Assembly (NCBI GenBank): GCA_951813255.1
Contig: OX638353.1
Span: forward strand, 2,155,472 to 2,219,471
Length of the DNA stretch: 64,000 bases
Direction of reading: 5' to 3'
Source: an uncultured Dehalococcoidia bacterium
GTDB taxonomy: Bacteria; Chloroflexota; Dehalococcoidia; Lucifugimonadales; JAAXIE01
Shown: positions 31,296-39,618 of the stretch, in pieces
How positions within the stretch are numbered: position 1 is the first letter of the stretch
How the letters are laid out: each line of letters opens with the position of its first letter
Made by a program: the position numbers and the translations under genes
Notes under the pieces: generated by a model
Databases searched by the model: none
The model's input: only the letters and a program-made list of their open reading frames with translations
Told to the model about the DNA's origin: nothing

Positions 31296-32705
31296 GTGCC
31301 CAAACGCAGGCGCAAGGGTCTATCAGTCATGGAGACAATGGCGGCATTGCTACTCCTGTTGCTGGCTTGGTTCATTGAGCATCCGTGGATTTCGTGGTCG
31401 CTTATGGGCTTCGCATCTGTCCTCGTGCTCATAGGCGCTTGGCGAAAACTCCACACGGACAGGCGCATCACCTCGTCCTTAGGGACATCACCTGCTAACG
31501 ACTCAAACCGAGCGACGCATGCTCCTAGCCCGAACGAGGCGCAAGAACTGGGGGTTTGCGTAAAGGAGGGCGCTTTGACAGACCATGACTCCCTGCTGTG
31601 GCCTGTAACCCCAAGATGGGGACACGTGACTGCCGAACCAAGTCAAGTCGGAATAGTGATGCGCAACGGCAGCTTGCACTCCCGCTGGCATGGGGGTAGG
31701 AAAGCAGTTCCCGTAACGGGTGAGATAAGAACCTACCTTGTGTCTACCAGGCCATTCGACATCCGCTTCAGTGTTTCGGATGCGACACCAGGCCCACAGT
31801 CTGCGCAAGCCATGTTGGAGGGGACAACCAGTGACCACTCGCCGATACACGGATCCGTGGAGGTGAGGCTACAGGTTAATGAGGAAGTCGCCGATTGGCT
31901 GTTGAACATAGGAGGCCAGGTAACTACGACCGACGTAGCACGCCATATCAGACTGGATGTGGCTACGGCCGTAGCGGCGGTTGGGTCTGAACATGCCGCA
32001 TCTGAATTCAGAGGTTATAGCCAAGACATCTCCGAATCGATTAGTGAGGAACTCGAGAAAGCTCTCAAGAGGCACGGCCTGGGGGTAGTGCGACTCTATG
32101 CTAATCTATCGGCTGGAACGCCCACCCTCGACTCAGGTCCCACGAACACCAAAACGGTGTCCACGGATTCCCCACCCCAACCTACCGTGCCAAACACTGA
32201 ACGAGCTTGGATTGTGCGAGGCAAGGCTGGTGGAAAATACTGGGTTGTCGACCAGTTTGTGGACAAGGAGGTCGTCTCGATCGGTTGGCCGGCGATGGGA
32301 GACTTATCGAGGTTCAGCGCCAAGGGAGAACTGAGAAGCGCGCTTAAGAGATTCCACCCTGAGTCGGGAGATGGAACGGTCAATATCCTTTGGGGCTTCT
32401 GCCGGGAAATCTGCGTCGGGGATGTGATTGTAACTCCGGCTCCGAACCCTCTTTCGGCGAAGCCTAGAACGAAGCCGTCGCAGATCGTGATTTGGCGCTG
32501 TATTGGCCCTTACGAGTATAACCCAGGGGTCATAGAGTGCAGCAAATACCCGTTTGCAAGCATCCGGAAAGTAGAGAGGGTGGCTATCGTCAGCGTGTCG
32601 AGGCTCTCACAGAAGCTCCAAGACCGCCTGCAACTACCACCCACAGTGTCCCCAATCAAGCAGCAAGAGTATGTACAGGAACTGGAGTCGGCGATCAAGA
32701 GCTAG
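31296..32705 (+). CDS. SPFH/Band-7 (stomatin/flotillin-like) paralog 1. N-terminal hairpin membrane anchor, SPFH domain, and a C-terminal domain resembling the N-terminal domain of many Mrr-type restriction endonucleases (RAWIVRGKAGGKYWVVDQFVDKEVVSIGWPAMGDLS).
   Basis: GTG start 5 nt after GGGAGG. Basic N-terminus KRRRK then two TM helices. The SPFH core (LLWPVTPRWGHVTAEPSQVGIVMRNG...RTYLVSTRPFDIRF...GSVEVRLQV...GLGVVRLYANLS) aligns with the two downstream paralogs and with HflK/stomatin SPFH motifs. Confidence 0.7.
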   Translation: MPKRRRKGLSVMETMAALLLLLLAWFIEHPWISWSLMGFASVLVLIGAWRKLHTDRRITSSLGTSPANDSNRATHAPSPNEAQELGVCVKEGALTDHDSLLWPVTPRWGHVTAEPSQVGIVMRNGSLHSRWHGGRKAVPVTGEIRTYLVSTRPFDIRFSVSDATPGPQSAQAMLEGTTSDHSPIHGSVEVRLQVNEEVADWLLNIGGQVTTTDVARHIRLDVATAVAAVGSEHAASEFRGYSQDISESISEELEKALKRHGLGVVRLYANLSAGTPTLDSGPTNTKTVSTDSPPQPTVPNTERAWIVRGKAGGKYWVVDQFVDKEVVSIGWPAMGDLSRFSAKGELRSALKRFHPESGDGTVNILWGFCREICVGDVIVTPAPNPLSAKPRTKPSQIVIWRCIGPYEYNPGVIECSKYPFASIRKVERVAIVSVSRLSQKLQDRLQLPPTVSPIKQQEYVQELESAIKS

Positions 32706-32738
32706 AGCGATATCAGGCGAGACCAAGAGAGGGCTCCA

Positions 32739-35252
32739 TTGAGCGAAGAACACCGCGACGACCTAGTATTAGCACCCGGCGAACCCCGCCGGGGCAACCT
32801 CATCATCTACCCCTACCATGTGGGCATCGTCATATGCAACGGAAAAGTGGAAGGCGTCTTCCCCGAAGGTACCAGACGCCTTCCTAGGGGCGATGTGCGT
32901 ACCTATGTGGCCTCCACCGCTCCCTTCAACCTCACCTTCTGGCTCCAAGACCCCGGCGACCCCTCCGAGCCGGGTGAGGGGATGGCATTGGACCAACCCG
33001 TCCTCACTGCCGACGGCCAACTCGTCACCGGCCGCATCGATCTCACACTCTCAGTAGTCCCCGACAACGCAGAACACCTGCTGCAACTCCTTAGCCCCGG
33101 CGGCGCCATCACACGACGCCATGTCGCCGACTCCATCAAGAGCGAACTGCTCGCCAAGGTCCTCGCCCTCGACCTTCACACCCACACCGCAGGCACCCTG
33201 CGCGGAAACCGCGACCTCTTCCAAGGTATCTATGCCTCCCTCGAAATCGAACTCGCATCCACCATCTCCCGCTACGGCCTCAAGCTCGACAACTTCTACG
33301 TCAACTGGGGCCTCATTCCCGAAGAGCGCGAGCGCATCAAGGAAGAACGCCACCAGAGCGTCATCCGCGACATCGAACGCGAGTCCGAGCTTGAGCGTCT
33401 GGGCGGTCGAAGGCCCGGCGGTCCGGGCGGCGGTGGCTCCTCAGTCGGCAGGTCCGGCGGAGCCCCAGGCGGCTGGTTCAACCTTCCACGAGGCATCGGA
33501 GTCCTAGCCCTCATCCTTTTCGCGGCCTTGATTGCAACCCTGTTGGCAGTCGACCCCGCCGGCTGGTTCGACGACTCGCCCGATGCAACGCCAGTCGCTG
33601 CTGCCACTCCCCAGCCCGCTCCAACGTCTGACCGCCCGCCGGCCCCCGCGCCCGCTCCCACCACTGAAGACATTCAGGCAGCAGTCGCCGCCGCCATAGC
33701 CCAACTGCCCCAACCCTCAGCCGGGCCATCCATGGACGAGGTGGCCGCCCTCGTCTCCGCATCCGTTGCGGAGGCGTCCGGCAATAACGCCTCCCCTGAG
33801 GAGATACAAGGCCTCGTGGCCGATACCATCGCCAAAGCCATGGCCAGCCAGCCCCAACCCGAATCCGGCCCCACCCGCGACGAAATCGCAGCCATCATCG
33901 CCGAGGCCATCCCCACTTCCGCCTCCAGCGAGGGCCCCTCTCCGGCAGAGATTCAAGCCATGATTCAGCAGGCCATCGCCTCCCTCCCCCAACCAACCCA
34001 AGCTGAAGCCGGTCCAACCTCCGAGGAAATCGACGCCCAAATTCAGGCAGCCCTCTCCTCCCTCCAACCCGGCATGACCCCGGAACAAGTGCAGGCCGCC
34101 GTGCAACAGGCCGTTACGGCCTCCATCGCATCCATGCCCACGCCGACTCCAGCCCCAACTCCCGCTGCCGCACCGCCTCCCGCAAGCTCGGCCACTCCCG
34201 CGCCCACAGCTACCCCTACTGCCGCGCCCACCGTCCAAGCAACGCCTACCCCCACTCCAGCAACCGAACCACGCGAAGCAGAACTCGTGTGGAGCTACGA
34301 CACGGAATCCGAGGTGTGGTCCTCTCCCGCCGTGTCGGAAGAGTGGGACGTCTTATATGTGGGCGCAAGCCATGGTTACTTGTACGCTTTGGATACGGTG
34401 ACGGGCCAGCTGCTGTGGCGGTACGGACCAGGAGCAACAACTTCCTGGCGATCATGGCCAGTTGTGGTGGGGAAGACAGTGTACACAGGAGGAAATGAGT
34501 ATTACGGCACCGATTTACTAGCCGTAGAAGCAGGGGAACAGCGGTGGGATGTTCGGTCGTGCTACATTTGTGTTGCACCCATTTTCTCCGCTGGGAGCAT
34601 CTACGTGGGCAGCTCGGGGTCGTTATATGCTCTTGACGCGGCCACTGGTGCACAACATTGGTACTACCGTACAGCGGTGAGAGAAGGTTCCATTCGGACA
34701 CGGCCGTCCGTAGTTGACAAGATGGTCTACTTCGGGGCTGATGACAAGCGCATATATGCTCTGACCACGAAAAAGGGCGAATTGATTTGGAGCTACGCCA
34801 CCAATGCCGCAGTCCGCTCTTCTCCTACCGTCGCTGACGGCATCGTGTATGCTGGCTCCAACGACGACCACCTGTACGCGGTGAACGCGGAGGCGGGCGA
34901 GTTCATCTGGCGGTACCGAACGGGCGGAGACGTCATTTCCTCTCCCGCAGTCGCAAACGGCATCGTCTACGTAGGTTCCAATGACGGCAGCCTGTACGCC
35001 CTCGACGCCACAACGGGCACGTTAGCCTGGAGCTACGAGACAGGCGGTGCGGTGGTGTCCTCACCTGCAGTGTCCGACGGGGTCGTGTATGTGGGGTCAT
35101 ACGACGGGTTCCTGTACGCCCTTGACGCCGCCACCGGATCACTGGTCTGGAGTTATGAGACCGAAGACAAAGTAGCGTCCTCGCCAGCCGTATCGGGCGA
35201 TAACGTGTACGTGGGGTCGGTGGATGGGCATGTGTACGCCTTCCGGAAGTGA
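32739..35252 (+). CDS. SPFH/Band-7 paralog 2 (837 aa). Domain order: SPFH domain, Gly-rich linker, single TM helix, seven ~23-aa amphipathic repeats (PS.EEIQA.I..AIA..PQP), a Pro/Thr/Ala linker, and a C-terminal PQQ-like/BamB-like beta-propeller.
   Basis: TTG start after AGAGAGG. SPFH motifs VLTADGQLVTGRIDLTLSVVPDNAEHLL and GLKLDNFYVNWG. TM helix GIGVLALILFAALIATLLAV. About 8 repeats of (V/I)Y(V/A)GSxDGxLYALDAxTGxxxW typical of the PQQ beta-propeller fold. Confidence 0.75.
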   Translation: MSEEHRDDLVLAPGEPRRGNLIIYPYHVGIVICNGKVEGVFPEGTRRLPRGDVRTYVASTAPFNLTFWLQDPGDPSEPGEGMALDQPVLTADGQLVTGRIDLTLSVVPDNAEHLLQLLSPGGAITRRHVADSIKSELLAKVLALDLHTHTAGTLRGNRDLFQGIYASLEIELASTISRYGLKLDNFYVNWGLIPEERERIKEERHQSVIRDIERESELERLGGRRPGGPGGGGSSVGRSGGAPGGWFNLPRGIGVLALILFAALIATLLAVDPAGWFDDSPDATPVAAATPQPAPTSDRPPAPAPAPTTEDIQAAVAAAIAQLPQPSAGPSMDEVAALVSASVAEASGNNASPEEIQGLVADTIAKAMASQPQPESGPTRDEIAAIIAEAIPTSASSEGPSPAEIQAMIQQAIASLPQPTQAEAGPTSEEIDAQIQAALSSLQPGMTPEQVQAAVQQAVTASIASMPTPTPAPTPAAAPPPASSATPAPTATPTAAPTVQATPTPTPATEPREAELVWSYDTESEVWSSPAVSEEWDVLYVGASHGYLYALDTVTGQLLWRYGPGATTSWRSWPVVVGKTVYTGGNEYYGTDLLAVEAGEQRWDVRSCYICVAPIFSAGSIYVGSSGSLYALDAATGAQHWYYRTAVREGSIRTRPSVVDKMVYFGADDKRIYALTTKKGELIWSYATNAAVRSSPTVADGIVYAGSNDDHLYAVNAEAGEFIWRYRTGGDVISSPAVANGIVYVGSNDGSLYALDATTGTLAWSYETGGAVVSSPAVSDGVVYVGSYDGFLYALDAATGSLVWSYETEDKVASSPAVSGDNVYVGSVDGHVYAFRK

Positions 35253-35308
35253 TCGGCAGTGGGCCGCGCCTATATTCCTTGCATGGAGGTTCTGACTTGA
35301 GGAATCCT

Positions 35309-36265
35309 ATGCCTGCCGACAGTGTATTGTGGCCCGCAAAACCCAAGCGTGGCTGGCTGACGGCCGACGTTCATCAAGTGGCTGTCGTCATGTGGGATGG
35401 TACCGTGGACGATGTCTTTTGGGCTGACCGGAAGAAGATGCGCGATGGCCGGGGTCCCTTCTATCTTGCCTCCACTGCCCCGTTTGAAGTCGCGTACAGC
35501 TTGAAGGCTTCTTCCCCTGGGGAAGAGTCGAGCGGGAGTCCGACATTGGACCAGTCAGTCTATACATCCGACGCGCAACCTGTGATGGGCCAGCTTACAG
35601 TCGGCTTGTCCTTGGCCCCCGAAAGGGTCGAACGTCTGCTCCCGTTGCGTGGCCGAGGACAATGCGTTACCAGTTGGGATATCGCCTTGGCCATCAAGAA
35701 TGACTGTGCAACAGCAGTAGCAGATGTAGTCGCTCAACATACCGCCAGTGACCTTCAAGGCAAGAGGCAAGCTATCCGGGAATCAATCCGAAACCAATTG
35801 GCTGCACCAGCAGCTCGCTTTGGCTTGCAGTGTGGGAGTGTTTACCCAAATCTTTCGGTCATTACATGCTCAACGCCACCGGTCATTACACGCCCAAAGC
35901 CACCAGTCATCACGCGCCCAACGCCACCAGTCATCACGCGCCCAACGCCACCAGTCATCACACGCCCAACGCCACCGCAGAGCGCCAAATGCCAAACCTT
36001 CTCACGTGCGCATACCCCTCAGGCCGAAGAGCGCTTTCAAGCGTGGATGCGAGCGAATCCCACAGGCTACGTCTTCAATCACTTCAGAGGCAGCAATCCC
36101 GGCTATAATCTGCTCCATCAACTGCCCTGTCCCAGCTTTCAGCGTCAGGCTACCACAGCAGTCCAAAAGTTCTGCTGCACCGACCGCGCCTGCATCGAAC
36201 GCACCATCCGCGAACTCCGAGGCGAATCCTGGCAATTGTGCGGCAACGGCTGCTGTCCGGGGTAG
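35309..36265 (+). CDS. SPFH/Band-7 paralog 3. SPFH domain, five tandem PPVITRPT octapeptide repeats, and a C-terminal 7-Cys domain.
   Basis: ATG 5 nt after GAGGA. N-terminus LWPAKPKRGWLTADVHQVAVVMWDG aligns with paralogs 1 and 2. SPFH end motif GLQCGSVYPNLS. The C-terminus is CQTFS...CPSF...FCCTDRAC...LCGNGCCPG. Confidence 0.7.
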   Translation: MPADSVLWPAKPKRGWLTADVHQVAVVMWDGTVDDVFWADRKKMRDGRGPFYLASTAPFEVAYSLKASSPGEESSGSPTLDQSVYTSDAQPVMGQLTVGLSLAPERVERLLPLRGRGQCVTSWDIALAIKNDCATAVADVVAQHTASDLQGKRQAIRESIRNQLAAPAARFGLQCGSVYPNLSVITCSTPPVITRPKPPVITRPTPPVITRPTPPVITRPTPPQSAKCQTFSRAHTPQAEERFQAWMRANPTGYVFNHFRGSNPGYNLLHQLPCPSFQRQATTAVQKFCCTDRACIERTIRELRGESWQLCGNGCCPG

Positions 36266-36315
36266 CAGCATAGGTCAGCATGGAACAGGACCGAAAGCCG
36301 CCTCACGCTGGGAAC

Positions 36316-36651
36316 TTATTCATTCACCAAGACGTCAATGGTAGTGCCGAGAGCACTCGCTATGCGGGCCAAGGCAGAGGTGGAGCCGGGTTTTCGGCCA
36401 CGCTCAATCTCGGAGATGTAACCTGTCGCGATGCCGGTCTTCTGGGACAGTTCCCTCAGGGTCATGCCTTGGTGGTCCCGAAACGCAACGATGGGCCTCT
36501 TTCCCCGCATGATTTCCAGTGCGACCTCGTGGGGAACGCGCGCACCGTCATCAGCGTCGCGGGCAGCCAGCATATCCTCAAGTTGGCTGTTGCGCTCAAC
36601 AAGCGCGTCGTACTCTACTCGAGACAAGGTTATGGTCTCTTCTCTAGTCAT
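36316..36651 (-). CDS. XRE-family HTH transcriptional regulator (Cro/C1-type), convergent with the SPFH genes
   Basis: C-terminal HTH MTLRELSQKTGIATGYISEIERGRKP. The start is most likely the ATG at 36651, preceded by TAGGAGAGAAG. The ORF-track start at 36705 is also possible. Confidence 0.7.
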   Translation of the reverse strand: MTREETITLSRVEYDALVERNSQLEDMLAARDADDGARVPHEVALEIMRGKRPIVAFRDHQGMTLRELSQKTGIATGYISEIERGRKPGSTSALARIASALGTTIDVLVNE

Positions 36652-36821
36652 AGGCTTCTCTCCTATGCCGGGGCTTCCCCCCCATGACAAAAACCACTTG
36701 CGCACCCCTCCTCCACTAGTCCATCATCAAACCATAGCCAAGCCACGCGCCATCAATCTAAGGCAGGAACCGAAACACCATGAGGACCAAATGGACACCC
36801 GAACAGCCAATTCCACCAGCC

Positions 36822-37140
36822 CCCGTCATTCCCGTACACCAGCCGTCATTCCTGCGCCCCAACCCGTCATTCCTGCGCAGGCAGGAATCCACGCGCCCCG
36901 AATCCACTGCTCCAACCCCTCCAACGACCCCGCCACCAAAAATGTCACACTGTGACACTCTGGTCAGCTACGAAAATGTCACAAATGTCACATTTCCCAA
37001 AATCTGTGACATTTTTCGTATCTGAAAAATGTCACACCCTTTCCGTATCTGGCCAGCTAGCAAAATGTCACAAATGACACACTTTTCAGCTACAAAAAAC
37101 AAATTTTAGCTACGATCGGTGTGACATTGTGACATTTCCG
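36822..37140. repeat. Composite repeat region upstream of the XRE gene: three degenerate copies of the palindromic REP-like unit (CGTCATTCC[CT]G...), then an AT-rich array of about 9 TGTCACA/TGTGACA palindromic sites with CAGCTACGAAAA motifs.
   Basis: 36865..36897 is CGTCATTCCTGCGCAGGCAGGAATCCACGCGCC. 36939..37135 contains AAAATGTCACA x6 plus TGTGACA x3. GC is much lower here than in the flanks. Confidence 0.8.
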
Positions 37141-37159
37141 GCCCGTCCAGGAGGCCCTG

Positions 37160-39475
37160 CTACCCCTCCACCGGCTCAAACGCCGTGATCGGCGGTGCCT
37201 CCCCCTCATACCGCTCCACCTGCACCAGCACCGTCTGCGCCGTCGGCGACTGCGCCAGCCTGCTCGTCCCCTTATCCCGCGTCAGCACATTCGGGTTCCC
37301 ATGCTTGTCCATGCTCTTCGGCTCCCCCGGATCAACCGGGTCATACCACGCCCCCGTCGAAAGCTGCACCACCCCGGTCCGCACCTCATCCGTAACATAA
37401 GCCCCCGCCAGGCAAGTCCCACGGTCATTGAACAACCTCACCACATCCCCATTCCCAATCCCCCGGTCCGCAGCATCCTTCGGGTTCATCCACACCGGCT
37501 CCCGGCCCGCCACCTTCCGGGCCTGGCTCAACGCCCCATTGTCCAACTGGCTATGCAGCCGGTACCGCGGCTGGTTCGAAATCATATGCAGTGGATACCT
37601 CTCCGCCAACTCCGACCCCAGCCACTCCGCCGGCTCCATCCAGGTCGGATGCCCCGGACAATCGTCATACCCGAACCCGTCAATCGTCTCCGAGAACAAC
37701 TCAATCTTCCCCGAAGGCGTCCGCAACGGACTATTCACCGGGTCATCCCGGAAAGCCTTCATAAAAATCTGGGGCGTCTCCGGCCCCGGAAACTCCACAT
37801 GCCCGATCTCCCAGAAGCGGTCGAAGTCCGGCACCTCCATGCCCTGCTCACCCGCCCGCTGCGCCGCCTGAGCATAGATATACCGCAGCCACTCCATCTC
37901 ATCCCGCCCCTCGGTATACTCCTCCCGGAAACCCAGCCTCCCAGCCAAATCAGCAAATATGTCGTACTCCGACCGCGCCTCACCCATCGGCTCAATCGCC
38001 TGCTGCATCGCAAACCAGAACCGGTCATAGGTCGAAGCCCCAATATCATTCCGCTCCATCGTCGTCGTGCACGGCAGCACAATATCAGCCCGCCGCGCAG
38101 CCGCCGTCCACCAAGGCTCGTTCACCACCACCGTGTCCGGCTTCTGCCAAGCCCGCAGCATCATGTTGATGTCCTGCTGCTTATGGAAGGGATTACCCCC
38201 AGCCCAGTAGAGCAGGTGAATGTCCGGGTACTCCATCCGTCGCCCGTTGAAGTCATACTCCTGCCGCGGGTTCAGCAACATCTCGCTGACACGCGACACC
38301 GGGATGAAAGCCTCCACATCACTCGCTCCCTTGGGCAGGGACGGCGGTGCCACCCGGGGACTCGGATTCCCGAACCCCCCACTGGAACCATACCCGAATC
38401 CAAATCCCCCACCCGGCAACCCCACCTGCCCCAGCATCGACGACAGCGCCACCGCAGCCCAGAAAGGCTGCTCGCCATGGTCGGCACGCTGCACCGACCA
38501 AGTCACGTTCATCAAACTCCGCGTCGATGCCATCCTCCGCGCCAACCCGCTGATCGTCCCAGCATCCACCTCGGTAATCTCACTCGCCCACTCCGGCGTC
38601 TTCACCACCCCGTCCGTCTCACCCATCACATAAGCCCTGACCCGCTCAAACCCCACGCAGTACTCACTCAGAAAAGCTTCGTCATGCAGGTTCTCGCTGA
38701 TAAGCGTATGCATCATCCCCAGCATGAAGGCCACATCCGTATTGGGCCTCAGCGGTATCCACTCCGCGTTGATATCCTTCGCCATATCATCCCGTATCGG
38801 GCTGATGCAAACGAACTCCATGCCCTTGTCCTGCGCCAGCGTCTGCCAGTCCCCTTGGTCGTGACTCCCCAAGCCATCCTTGGTCACTTGGGCATTCTTC
38901 GGCGACAACCCGCCAAACACCACCATCAGTTTCGTGTTCTCAGCAATCACCGGCCACGAAGTGCCAGGCCCGGTAACCGGCTCCAAGCTCCCGATCACCC
39001 GCGGCAGGATCACGCTGGCAGCCCCAAAGGAGTAGTTGGTCACATAGCCCACACGCCCGCCAAAGCTATTGAAGAACCGGGTGAGCTGCCCCTCAGAGCT
39101 GTGAAAAGCACCCGCGCTCCCCCACCCGGACGGCGCATAAAACGCCTCATTTCCATAGGTATCCTTAACCCTCTGCAACTCAGCAGCCAGCAAATCAAGC
39201 GCCTGCTCCCACGACACCTGCACCATAGGCTCCACTCCCCGCTTCGAGGTGTCGCTCCGATGCCCCTGCTCCAGCCAACCCCGCCGCACCATGGGATGCG
39301 CAATCCGTGCTTTGGAGTGCACCGCGCTCGGCACCGCATCAGCCAGAGGACTCGGACGTGCATCGCGCTCGAAGGGCCGTGTACCCACCACCTTTCCATC
39401 CTCCACCTCAACATCAAAGATGCCCCAGTGGTTGCCAGTGTGGTAACGCTTCGGTTCAGTGGTGGTCATGTTCAT
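37160..39475 (-). CDS. Molybdopterin-dependent oxidoreductase, DMSO-reductase family (BisC/TorZ-like S-/N-oxide reductase)
   Basis: 771 aa. N-terminal TGNHWGIFDVEVEDGKVV is BisC-like. Length and periodic Gly/Pro-rich MGD-binding segments match the family. Confidence 0.75.
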   Translation of the reverse strand: MNMTTTEPKRYHTGNHWGIFDVEVEDGKVVGTRPFERDARPSPLADAVPSAVHSKARIAHPMVRRGWLEQGHRSDTSKRGVEPMVQVSWEQALDLLAAELQRVKDTYGNEAFYAPSGWGSAGAFHSSEGQLTRFFNSFGGRVGYVTNYSFGAASVILPRVIGSLEPVTGPGTSWPVIAENTKLMVVFGGLSPKNAQVTKDGLGSHDQGDWQTLAQDKGMEFVCISPIRDDMAKDINAEWIPLRPNTDVAFMLGMMHTLISENLHDEAFLSEYCVGFERVRAYVMGETDGVVKTPEWASEITEVDAGTISGLARRMASTRSLMNVTWSVQRADHGEQPFWAAVALSSMLGQVGLPGGGFGFGYGSSGGFGNPSPRVAPPSLPKGASDVEAFIPVSRVSEMLLNPRQEYDFNGRRMEYPDIHLLYWAGGNPFHKQQDINMMLRAWQKPDTVVVNEPWWTAAARRADIVLPCTTTMERNDIGASTYDRFWFAMQQAIEPMGEARSEYDIFADLAGRLGFREEYTEGRDEMEWLRYIYAQAAQRAGEQGMEVPDFDRFWEIGHVEFPGPETPQIFMKAFRDDPVNSPLRTPSGKIELFSETIDGFGYDDCPGHPTWMEPAEWLGSELAERYPLHMISNQPRYRLHSQLDNGALSQARKVAGREPVWMNPKDAADRGIGNGDVVRLFNDRGTCLAGAYVTDEVRTGVVQLSTGAWYDPVDPGEPKSMDKHGNPNVLTRDKGTSRLAQSPTAQTVLVQVERYEGEAPPITAFEPVEG

Positions 39476-39523
39476 CCCCTCAAGGTATCGTCAGATTCGA
39501 AACCGCTCTTGCCGGACAATAAT

Positions 39524-39553
39524 AACAGAGCACGGGTCTTCCCGTGCTCTGTT
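39524..39553 (-). terminator. Hairpin terminator downstream of the MetE-like gene. 13-bp perfect stem with a tetraloop, followed on the minus strand by AUUAUUGU.
   Basis: AACAGAGCACGGG-tctt-CCCGTGCTCTGTT. Confidence 0.55.
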
Positions 39554-39618
39554 GCATTCTAGGTTTACGACTCATCCCCCTGTCTCGCAAAGGGAGAATC
39601 GGCGGGGCAATCGGGCCT

